From Nitrospirota bacterium (lineage in GTDB: Bacteria; Nitrospirota; Thermodesulfovibrionia; Thermodesulfovibrionales; SM23-35): a stretch of 64,000 nt of DNA. The first letter of the stretch is position 1. Each line of letters begins with the position of its first letter. Shown here one piece after another: positions 19,824 to 27,280 of the stretch. The notes under the pieces are model-generated. The model had not been told where the DNA came from. It saw only the letters and a list, made by a program, of their open reading frames with translations, and ran no database searches. A program made the position numbers and the translations under genes. The DNA lies in NCBI GenBank assembly GCA_040753615.1, contig JBFMDO010000075.1, positions 308-64,307 on the forward strand, written 5' to 3'.

Positions 19824-21668
19824 TTAAACATTGTGCCCACGTTGTCTCTTTAATCTCTCTATTGCTACCATCAGGAGTGAAATAGCAGCAGGCGTGATGC
19901 CCGGAATCCTGCTCGCCTGCCCAAGTGTTGCAGGTCTTACTTCCTGTAGCTTGCCAAAAACCTCCCTTGAAAGTCCGCTTACCAATGCATAATCAAAGTC
20001 TTGAGGAATCTTTTTCCCCTCTACCTTTTTGAGTCTCTCGACCATCGCCATCTGTTGGAGGATATAGCCATTGTATTTGACCTGTATTTCAACCTGCCTT
20101 TTTATGTCAGGAGAAAGTGGTTTATCAGAAGGCAAAATTTCATCTATGAATTTATACGTTATCTCAGGTCTTTTTAAAATTTGCTCAAGGGATTCACTCT
20201 TTGTCCTGTCTAACTTGACACGAGTAGTTTTAATTCGTTGCATTTCATCTTCGATAAGCCTTCTTTTCTCGATAAATCTCTGATAAACATCCTTATCAAT
20301 AAGGCCTATTTCATACCCCTTATCCATCAACCGCAGATCAGCATTGTCATGTCTCAAAAGAAGTCTGTATTCTGCCCTTGATGTGAACATCCTGTAGGGC
20401 TCATTTGTACCTTTTGTAATAAGGTCATCAATGAGAATACCAATATATGCTTCATGCCTTTTTAGTATCAGGGGTTCCTTCCCCTGAACTTTTAAAGCCG
20501 CATTTATGCCTGCCATGAGTCCTTGTGCAGCAGCTTCTTCATAACCTGAGGTGCCGTTTATCTGCCCTGCGAGGAAAAGTCCGTCTATTATTTTTGTTTC
20601 GAGGGCATAATTTAATTGTGTCGGAAAAACGAAATCATACTCAATAGCATACCCGGGCCTCATAATCTCAGCCTGTTCAAGCCCCGGGATTGTCCGAACA
20701 AATTTAACCTGTACATCATAAGGGAGGCTTGTTGGTATCCCGTTTGCATAATATTCCTTTGTCTCAAGCCCCTCTGGTTCAAGAAAGACCTGATGACGCT
20801 CACGCTCTGAAAAACGCACAACCTTATCTTCTATAGAAGGACAATATCGTGCACCAGTCCCTTTAATCTTGCCGCTATAAAGAGGAGAGCGGTCAAGGTT
20901 GTCAAGAATTATCTTATGGGTTTCTTTATTTGTATATGTTATATAGCACGGGAGTTGGGGATTGGTTATTTTTTCAGTGCTATGCGAAAATGGCAGCGGC
21001 GGTTCATCTCCATATTGTGGTTCTGTTTTTGAAAAATCTATTGTTTTTGCATCAAGCCTCGGCGGCGTGCCTGTTTTCAGACGGCCTATCTTAAGACCGA
21101 GTTCTCTGAGAGAATCAGAAAGCCCTACTGATGGAAACTCTCCAGCCCGTCCTGCTGAGAAATTATCAAGTCCAATATGTATCAATCCCTTGAGAAAAGT
21201 ACCTGTTGTTACAATAACAGCCCTTGCACCGTAGAAGGTGCCAATAGATGTAACAACACCTTTAACTTTTCCATTTTCTGCAACAATCTTTTCTATGATT
21301 GCCTGTTTTATATCAAGATTTTCTTGAGATTCAAGAATCTTCCTCATAACAAGCCTGTATAAAACCCTGTCTGCCTGTGCCCTTAATGACCAGACAGCAG
21401 GGCCTTTGCTCATATTCAACATCCTGAACTGTATCCCTGCCCTGTCTGTTACCTTTGCCATCTCACCGCCGAGGGCATCTATCTCCCTCACAAGATGGCC
21501 TTTTGCAAGACCGCCAATAGCAGGGTTGCAGGACATCTGCGCAATTGTATCGAGGTTCATGGTGAAAAGACATGTAGAAAGCCCCATACGGGCAGATGCG
21601 AGAGCAGCCTCACAGCCAGCGTGGCCTGCACCAATAACAATTACATCATAATCACGGTCTTTATACAT
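19824..21668 (-). CDS. mnmG: tRNA uridine 5-carboxymethylaminomethyl modification enzyme MnmG (GidA)
   Basis: FAD motif VIVIGAGHAGCEAA. Conserved GidA core and C-terminal domain. 614 aa. Confidence 0.97.
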   Translation of the reverse strand: MYKDRDYDVIVIGAGHAGCEAALASARMGLSTCLFTMNLDTIAQMSCNPAIGGLAKGHLVREIDALGGEMAKVTDRAGIQFRMLNMSKGPAVWSLRAQADRVLYRLVMRKILESQENLDIKQAIIEKIVAENGKVKGVVTSIGTFYGARAVIVTTGTFLKGLIHIGLDNFSAGRAGEFPSVGLSDSLRELGLKIGRLKTGTPPRLDAKTIDFSKTEPQYGDEPPLPFSHSTEKITNPQLPCYITYTNKETHKIILDNLDRSPLYSGKIKGTGARYCPSIEDKVVRFSERERHQVFLEPEGLETKEYYANGIPTSLPYDVQVKFVRTIPGLEQAEIMRPGYAIEYDFVFPTQLNYALETKIIDGLFLAGQINGTSGYEEAAAQGLMAGINAALKVQGKEPLILKRHEAYIGILIDDLITKGTNEPYRMFTSRAEYRLLLRHDNADLRLMDKGYEIGLIDKDVYQRFIEKRRLIEDEMQRIKTTRVKLDRTKSESLEQILKRPEITYKFIDEILPSDKPLSPDIKRQVEIQVKYNGYILQQMAMVERLKKVEGKKIPQDFDYALVSGLSREVFGKLQEVRPATLGQASRIPGITPAAISLLMVAIERLKRQRGHNV

Positions 21669-21680
21669 GCTTGCTTGCTG

Positions 21681-22085
21681 TTATTTTGAATCAACTCTCA
21701 AGAGTTTTGCATGCCCTTCTGCTATTAATGTATTATCTTGTTTCCTAATGCTTGCTGATGTCTCGATTATCTTTTTATTCATTTTCATTATAGTTGCCTC
21801 AACTATTGTCTTTTCTCCAACCATAAGTGGATTCTTGAACCTTATTGTAATCTCAGCAGTAACAGCGGGAATTCCCTGCAAAAGGGCAGCTTTAACCATT
21901 GCCTCGTCGAGGATTGTGGATATTATCCCGCCATGAACTATGTCCTTGTATCCCTGATGAAGTTTTTGAGGGATAAACTCAGTAAATACCGTACCATCTT
22001 TGAGGGAAAATTTGAGTCTTATCCCCTGAGGATTTTTTTCTCCGCATACAAAGCAGTAATTGTCGTCTTCCAAACTGTTTATCAT
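21681..22085 (-). CDS. PaaI-family hotdog-fold thioesterase
   Basis: N-terminal CFVCG…NPQGIRLKF and HGGIISTILDEAM are typical of this family. Confidence 0.8.
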   Translation of the reverse strand: MINSLEDDNYCFVCGEKNPQGIRLKFSLKDGTVFTEFIPQKLHQGYKDIVHGGIISTILDEAMVKAALLQGIPAVTAEITIRFKNPLMVGEKTIVEATIMKMNKKIIETSASIRKQDNTLIAEGHAKLLRVDSK

Positions 22086-22109
22086 TTGTGGAGATCGAGA
22101 AAAGCGAGG

Positions 22110-23399
22110 TTACTTGTTCATCATATCCAGAAAATCTTTATTGCCCTTTGTACCCATTAGTTTGCCGAGCAGGAATTCCATGCTTTCAACTGTGCTGAGG
22201 GGTGTAAAAACCTTCCTCAGAATCCACATCTTGTTGAGTACATCTTTCTCTACAAGGAGCTCTTCTTTTCGTGTTCCTGAAGCATTAATGTCAATGCTCG
22301 GGAATATCCTTTTGTCTACAAGTTTTCTGTCAAGATGGAGCTCCATGTTTCCTGTGCCCTTGAATTCCTCGAATATAACATCATCCATCCTGCTGCCTGT
22401 ATCTACGAGTGCAGTGGCCAGGATTGTAAGGCTACCGCCGGTTTCAATATTTCTTGCAGTGCCAAAAAATCTTTTAGGTTTCTGGAGGGCATTTGAATCA
22501 AGACCTCCTGAAAGCACCTTTCCGCTGGCGGGTATTATAGAATTATATGCCCTCGCAAGCCTTGTAATACTGTCGAGTAGGATTACAACATCTTTTTTAC
22601 ATTCAACAAGCCGCTTAGCCCTCTCAATAACTATTTCCGCTACCTGACAATGTCTTTGAGGAGGTTCATCGAATGTTGAACTTATTATTACCGCAGTAGG
22701 CACCTGCCGTTTCCAGTCTGTCACCTCTTCAGGTCTTTCATCAATCAATAGTATTATGAGATGAATCTCCCGGTGATTTTTCCTCGTAGCCTTTGCTATA
22801 GACTGTAAAAGCATGGTCTTGCCTGTCCTTGGTGCAGCGACTATCATACCCCTCTGTCCTTTGCCAATAGGTGTTATAAGATCCATAACCCTTGTGGAGT
22901 AATCATTCGCATCATATTCAAGTTTTATCTTTTCAGTTGGATAATAAGGGACAAGATTATCAAAAAACGGTCTATTTATATTTTCTTCTGGAGGGTCATG
23001 GTTTATTGCCTCTACCTTTAAGAGGGCAAAGTACCTTTCACCTTCTTTTGGGGGTCTTATCTGTCCTGAAACGAGGTCGCCTGTCCTGAGACTAAACCTT
23101 CTTATCTGTGACGGCGAAACATATATATCATCAGGACCTGGAAGATAACTATAATCAGGCGATCTCAGGAACCCAAATCCGTCAGGAAGTATTTCAAGCA
23201 CGCCCTCGGAGAAAACATAGCCTATCTTTTCAGTTTGTGCATGAAGAATCGCAAATATAAGGTCTTGCTTCCTCATGCCAGTTGCACCTTCCACATTGAG
23301 GTCCTTTGCAACCGATGTGAGCTCATCAATGGTCTTTTGTTTGAGTTCTGAAATAGAAATATGGTCTGTTGCTGTTAGACTCTTTTTTGAGTTTTGCAT
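22110..23399 (-). CDS. rho: Transcription termination factor Rho
   Basis: N-terminal Rho_N, CSD-like RNA-binding domain GFGFLR, Walker A AAPRTGKT. 429 aa. Confidence 0.97.
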   Translation of the reverse strand: MQNSKKSLTATDHISISELKQKTIDELTSVAKDLNVEGATGMRKQDLIFAILHAQTEKIGYVFSEGVLEILPDGFGFLRSPDYSYLPGPDDIYVSPSQIRRFSLRTGDLVSGQIRPPKEGERYFALLKVEAINHDPPEENINRPFFDNLVPYYPTEKIKLEYDANDYSTRVMDLITPIGKGQRGMIVAAPRTGKTMLLQSIAKATRKNHREIHLIILLIDERPEEVTDWKRQVPTAVIISSTFDEPPQRHCQVAEIVIERAKRLVECKKDVVILLDSITRLARAYNSIIPASGKVLSGGLDSNALQKPKRFFGTARNIETGGSLTILATALVDTGSRMDDVIFEEFKGTGNMELHLDRKLVDKRIFPSIDINASGTRKEELLVEKDVLNKMWILRKVFTPLSTVESMEFLLGKLMGTKGNKDFLDMMNK

Positions 23400-23571
23400 A
23401 TTAAACTCCTAATTTGGATTTCGATATGGTGGTTTTTCTCTTCTAACCTGGTAGGTCTGTACCTATGGTTAGGTATAATTTATACAAGAAGAACTATTTA
23501 GAAATACCATACTAAAAGGCAGATAAAATTGTCAATACCCCGTCTTGCGTTGAGGTTACCATTTTGAAGTG

Positions 23572-25116
23572 TCACACTTCCCTATGCGTTTCGTATATCT
23601 CCTCAAAGTAATGGGATGTTTCCTTAAATGCCTGCAATATTCGTGGGTCAAAGTGATGGGGCATTGTCCTTCCGTCACCTTCGGTTATAATGTGATATGT
23701 TTTCTGATGGTCAAAAGCAGGCTTATAGACCCTTGCATTTCTCAGGGCATCATACTGATCTGCGATATTCAATATCCTTCCAGAAAGCGGTATCTGTTCT
23801 CCTTTTAAGCCATAGGGGTATCCACTACCATCCCATCGTTCATGATGAGAGAGGGCAATCTCCTTTGCAAGCATAAGCCTCACATGGTCGCCTAAAATCT
23901 TCGCGCCGTATATAGTATGCTGCTTCATCTGGTCAAATTCCTCTGGAGTCAGCTTCCCCGGTTTTCTTAGAATGTCCGGATGGATATGTATCTTGCCAAC
24001 ATCATGCATTTGTGCCTGAAGACGCACTAAATTTATAAAGTTTTCTGACAGTCCAAGTTGTTTCGCGATTATACTGCAGTATGCACCAACCCTTATGATA
24101 TGATTCCCTGTGTCTTCATCATTTGCTTCTGCTGCTCTCGCAAGGGCATAGACAATATAGTCAAAGGCATCCTCTGTCTCTCTCACCTGTTTAGAAAGAG
24201 ACATCAGAAACATGCTCTGCATAACAAGGCTGTTTAAAACAGAGGCATCATATGCTGTCACATCCCTGCCGTAATTGAGCGCAAGGATAACAAGCTTATC
24301 ACTGCAATAGCAGACCATATTTGACACAGCTATGCTGTTAGGTTCAAATTTCGCTATATCTGCTATAAATGGACAGCATTCGGATTTTCCAATATCTGCC
24401 TTGTTGGAAAATTCAATCTTTGTTTGCCTTTGATATTGTGAGGTGAAGGCAGTCAACTTGCTGCTAAAATGATTTTCGATCTCATGCTTCGTGATTTCAC
24501 CCCCGAGGCATTGATATTTAAACCATTGCCATTGCTTTGTCTTGTCAGGCAGACCGATAATAATAGTCTCAGGTTTTTCTACCATGTCTTCAGTCTTTCT
24601 GATACACATGCTTACGATGTTGTCCAGCATAGGCATTAGATTAAAATGAAGTGGATCGAAATGTTTTACGATCTCCTCGCCATACGAGACCATGCTGTTA
24701 ATATTTAGATAGGCAGAATTAAGTCTTTCATTGAGGCTCTTTACTTTTAAGAGCATATTAATCCTCGCCAGTATCTCTCCGTGGTCAAATGGTTTCGATA
24801 TAAAATCATCGGCGCCTGACTCTATGCCCCTAACCCTGTCTTTGCTTGACCCTAATGCAGTGACCAATATGACAGGAATATTCCGGTATATTTCTTCTTT
24901 CTTGATCATTTTGCAGACATCGAACCCGTTAATTTCCGGCATCATAACATCCAGTAACACGAGGTCAATCTTATTTTGACTAATCTTCTCCATCGCTTCC
25001 CTGCCGTTTACTGCCTTGATGACTTCATATCCACGGGCGGTGAGCATTGCCTCAAGGAGTCTAAGATTTGACGGCTCATCATCAACACACAAGATATTTG
25101 GTTTTCCGATAGTCAT
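23572..25116 (-). CDS. Response regulator with a C-terminal HD-GYP domain (putative c-di-GMP phosphodiesterase) and an unassigned middle domain
   Basis: REC domain (ILCVDDEP…LLDVMMP). HD motif MHDVGK, HHERWDGSGYPYG. Confidence 0.9.
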   Translation of the reverse strand: MTIGKPNILCVDDEPSNLRLLEAMLTARGYEVIKAVNGREAMEKISQNKIDLVLLDVMMPEINGFDVCKMIKKEEIYRNIPVILVTALGSSKDRVRGIESGADDFISKPFDHGEILARINMLLKVKSLNERLNSAYLNINSMVSYGEEIVKHFDPLHFNLMPMLDNIVSMCIRKTEDMVEKPETIIIGLPDKTKQWQWFKYQCLGGEITKHEIENHFSSKLTAFTSQYQRQTKIEFSNKADIGKSECCPFIADIAKFEPNSIAVSNMVCYCSDKLVILALNYGRDVTAYDASVLNSLVMQSMFLMSLSKQVRETEDAFDYIVYALARAAEANDEDTGNHIIRVGAYCSIIAKQLGLSENFINLVRLQAQMHDVGKIHIHPDILRKPGKLTPEEFDQMKQHTIYGAKILGDHVRLMLAKEIALSHHERWDGSGYPYGLKGEQIPLSGRILNIADQYDALRNARVYKPAFDHQKTYHIITEGDGRTMPHHFDPRILQAFKETSHYFEEIYETHREV

Positions 25117-25130
25117 AAGTTCTCCTTTAT

Positions 25131-25219
25131 CAGACCAAAGACTACAGACTACAGACCTTTTTATTTTTTAGTCTTTAGTCCGTTGTCTGTTGTCTTCGGT
25201 CTTTGGTCTGTTGTCTTAA
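25131..25219. repeat. Inverted arrays of GTCT-NNN heptads: four units on the minus strand (25131-25157), a T-rich loop, and seven units on the plus strand (25171-25219)
   Basis: Units read directly: GTCTTTA GTCCGTT GTCTGTT GTCTTCG GTCTTTG GTCTGTT GTCTTAA. Left arm reverse complement: G GTCTGTA GTCTGTA GTCTTTG GTCTG. The arrays span the kinase stop (25161) and sit just upstream of the RR SD/ATG (25116). Confidence 0.85.
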
Positions 25220-26435
25220 TGGATATTACAAAACTAAATTTGCTGCCCTTTCCATATTCACTCTCCACCCATATTCTACCGCCGTGGAGTTCAACGAGTT
25301 TTTTTGTCAGGGCAAGCCCAATACCTGTTCCTGCATACTTTTTGGTGTACGGAGATTCGATCTGTGTAAATTCCTTGAAAAGTTTATCCATGTCTTCAGG
25401 TTTTATGCCGATACCTGTATCAGCGACAGAAATTTCAATAAAATCGCTTAATCCCCCCTCGCCCCCCTTTAGCAAAGGGGGGACGGGGGGGTTTTGTCCT
25501 TCCTGTATCGTGTATCCTGTATCGTGCATCGTGACACGTCGCGCAGCGACGTGCACGGAGCCCCCCTCCTGTGTATACTTGAGTGCATTGTCCATGAGAT
25601 TAAACATAATCTGTTTCATTACACCTGAATCTGCTTCAATCTCTATCTCAGCCTCACGAGCTATATCAAGGTTTAAACGAATATTCTTTTCCACCGACTT
25701 TTCTTTGAATAACATAACCATGCTCGCCAAAAGGTCTTTTAGAAAGAATTTGGTTTTTTTCAACTTTTCTACGCCGGCATCCAGCTTTGCTATATCAAAT
25801 ATGTCATTGAGCAGCCCTATCAGAGATATCCCGCTCTTGAGAACATCTGACACATATTCCTTTTGTTTCTCATTCAATTCTCCATATAAACCGTCCTGAA
25901 GAATCTGAGAAAATCCTATAATAGAATTCAAAGGTGTAATTAGTTCATGACTCATGTTTGCAAGAAAATCAGACTTTGTCTTATTTGCAGCTTCAGCCAA
26001 AATTCTTAGCTCCTCTGCCTTTTTTAAGGCTTCTTTAAGAGCTTCCTCCGAATCTCTTAATCGCAGAATTGCCTGTACTCGTGCCAGCAGTTCCCTGCCT
26101 GAAACAGGACGCACAATATAGCCATCTGCTCCTGCCTCAAGTCCTTTCGCCTGTATCTCTGAAGAAATCTCTTTCCCGGAGATTAAAATTATATGGGTAC
26201 CAAAAAGCTCCTTGTCTGATTTGATCTGTTTGCAGACATCAAAGCCGTATATGTCAGGGAGAACTACGTCAAGCAGGATCAGGTCAGGATGTTCTTTTCT
26301 TGTTGTTTCGATACATTCATTCCCTGTTGCAGCTTCAAGTACTTCGTAGCCTGCTGAACGCAAGATGTTCACATTTATATTGAGAATGTCCGACTCATCA
26401 TCAACACAGAGAATCTTCGCTCGTGGAATAATCAT
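25161..26435 (-). CDS. Hybrid sensor kinase: N-terminal REC + coiled coil + HisKA + HATPase_c, with a loop insertion in the ATPase domain
   Basis: REC (ILCVDDESD…LLDVVLP). H-box FLANMSHEL. N/G boxes. A 30-aa insertion TMHDTGYTIQEGQNPPVPPLLKGGEGGLSD precedes DTGIGI. Confidence 0.9.
   Translation of the reverse strand: MIIPRAKILCVDDESDILNINVNILRSAGYEVLEAATGNECIETTRKEHPDLILLDVVLPDIYGFDVCKQIKSDKELFGTHIILISGKEISSEIQAKGLEAGADGYIVRPVSGRELLARVQAILRLRDSEEALKEALKKAEELRILAEAANKTKSDFLANMSHELITPLNSIIGFSQILQDGLYGELNEKQKEYVSDVLKSGISLIGLLNDIFDIAKLDAGVEKLKKTKFFLKDLLASMVMLFKEKSVEKNIRLNLDIAREAEIEIEADSGVMKQIMFNLMDNALKYTQEGGSVHVAARRVTMHDTGYTIQEGQNPPVPPLLKGGEGGLSDFIEISVADTGIGIKPEDMDKLFKEFTQIESPYTKKYAGTGIGLALTKKLVELHGGRIWVESEYGKGSKFSFVISIKTTDQRPKTTDNGLKTKK
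25448..25493. repeat. G/C-run hairpin element, copy A (ttaatcccccctcgcccccctttagcaaaggggggacgggggggtt), inside the kinase CDS
   Basis: Core stem CCCCCCTTT/AAAGGGGGG with loop AGC on the plus strand (GCT on the coding strand), flanked by additional C-run/G-run pairing. Near-identical to 27513-27559 and related to 42113-42153. Confidence 0.85.
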
Positions 26436-26520
26436 ATATTCTCCATCAAAAGGCTTTTTACCCTCACTGGCAACTCTCTTGCCAAATAGAAATAATTGGA
26501 ATTGGGGATAATTGGAATTC

Positions 26521-26549
26521 TTGACAATACCTTATGGCATTGATACAAT
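26521..26549 (+). promoter_or_regulatory. Sigma70-like promoter TTGACA-17 nt-TACAAT
   Basis: -35 at 26521-26526, -10 at 26544-26549. The ATG at 26555 begins 6 nt after the -10 and no SD lies between them. Confidence 0.5.
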
Positions 26550-26554
26550 TATGT

Positions 26555-26815
26555 ATGTCAACAGCAATAGATACCCTTAAAGTATATGAAAGGCTTAAGG
26601 CAGCAGATCTGCCTGAAAGAGCTGCAAAAGAAATCGCAGCGGTTATTAAAGATATGATTGAGGAACGCCTCGTTACAAAAGCAGACCTTAAGGAGCTTGA
26701 AGTAAATCTTCGCTGTGAAATGGCAGAAATAAAAGCAAGTATCATTAAATGGGTTGCAGGAATGCTTGTTGCACAGGCAGCCGTCATTACAGCATTAGTT
26801 AAACTTCTCCAATAA
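26555..26815 (+). CDS. DUF1640-like coiled-coil protein with a C-terminal TM helix
   Basis: MSTAIDTLKVYERLKAADLPERAAKEIA…KWVAGMLVAQAAVITALVKLL. The start is placed at 26555 on promoter geometry; the ORF track begins at 26534. Confidence 0.7.
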   Translation: MSTAIDTLKVYERLKAADLPERAAKEIAAVIKDMIEERLVTKADLKELEVNLRCEMAEIKASIIKWVAGMLVAQAAVITALVKLLQ

Positions 26816-26836
26816 TCCATCATTTTTAATTACTTC

Positions 26837-27205
26837 TTATATCCCAATTAGCCTTTCCATTACCTTTGGCAATTCTCTTGTATTAATCGGCTTCGATATA
26901 TAATCATCAGCCCCTGCCTCCAGAATTTTTTCCCTGTCTCCTAACATCGCAAAGGATGTTACGGCGACAATTTTTATATGTTTAGTTTCAGGATCATTTT
27001 TTAATATCTTTATTGCATCATACCCGTTCAGAACAGGCATCTGAAGATCCATAAGTATCAAATCAGGTTTATGTTCCTTAGCCATTTTTATTCCTTCCTC
27101 ACCATTCTCTGCCTCGATAATCTCATAGCCGTAATAAGTCATTATATCCTTTATCAAGCGACGATTTTTCTCATTATCTTCAACTATGAGTATCTTCTTT
27201 GACAT
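26837..27205 (-). CDS. Single-domain response regulator (CheY-like receiver)
   Basis: ILIVEDNE…ILMDLQMP…SKP. The ATG at 27205 lies 6 nt after AAGGAG; the GTG at 27208 is the alternative. Confidence 0.9.
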   Translation of the reverse strand: MSKKILIVEDNEKNRRLIKDIMTYYGYEIIEAENGEEGIKMAKEHKPDLILMDLQMPVLNGYDAIKILKNDPETKHIKIVAVTSFAMLGDREKILEAGADDYISKPINTRELPKVMERLIGI

Positions 27206-27220
27206 CACAAACTCCTTTTT

Positions 27221-27280
27221 AGACTATAGACCAAAGACTACAGACCTTCTTTAATTTTAAGTCTTCGGTCTTTGGTCTAC
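27221..27280. repeat. Second inverted GTCT-NNN heptad array at a kinase-stop/RR-start junction
   Basis: Left arm reverse complement: G GTCTGTA GTCTTTG GTCTATA GTCT. Right arm: GTCTTCG GTCTTTG GTCTACT. There is a perfect 12-bp pairing tagaccaaagac/gtctttggtcta. Confidence 0.85.

Noticed and set aside
19608-19829. Exact 14-nt direct repeat ttttcgggttaaac (19608-19621 and 19816-19829, the latter overlapping the mnmG stop), considered as a target-site duplication around a ~200-bp insertion
   Set aside because: No terminal inverted repeats or other similarity lies between or around the copies. A few 14-mer repeats are expected by chance in 64 kb of AT-rich DNA. The evidence is insufficient.
25183-25899. 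Long antisense ORFs (238 aa here; also 27392-27964, 22060-22647, 55245-55715, 39966-40427 and others in the track)
   Set aside because: They lie entirely opposite well-supported genes with clear family motifs. They have low-complexity Ser/Pro/Ile-rich composition and no SD or family resemblance. They are shadow ORFs.
26464-26823. 119-aa minus-strand ORF overlapping the DUF1640-like gene
   Set aside because: The plus-strand frame has a recognisable coiled-coil/TM family pattern and a near-consensus promoter. The minus-strand frame has neither.
25131-27280. Short repeats considered as a possible CRISPR array
   Set aside because: The units are 7 nt and contiguous with no spacers. No cas genes are present. 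They are not CRISPR.
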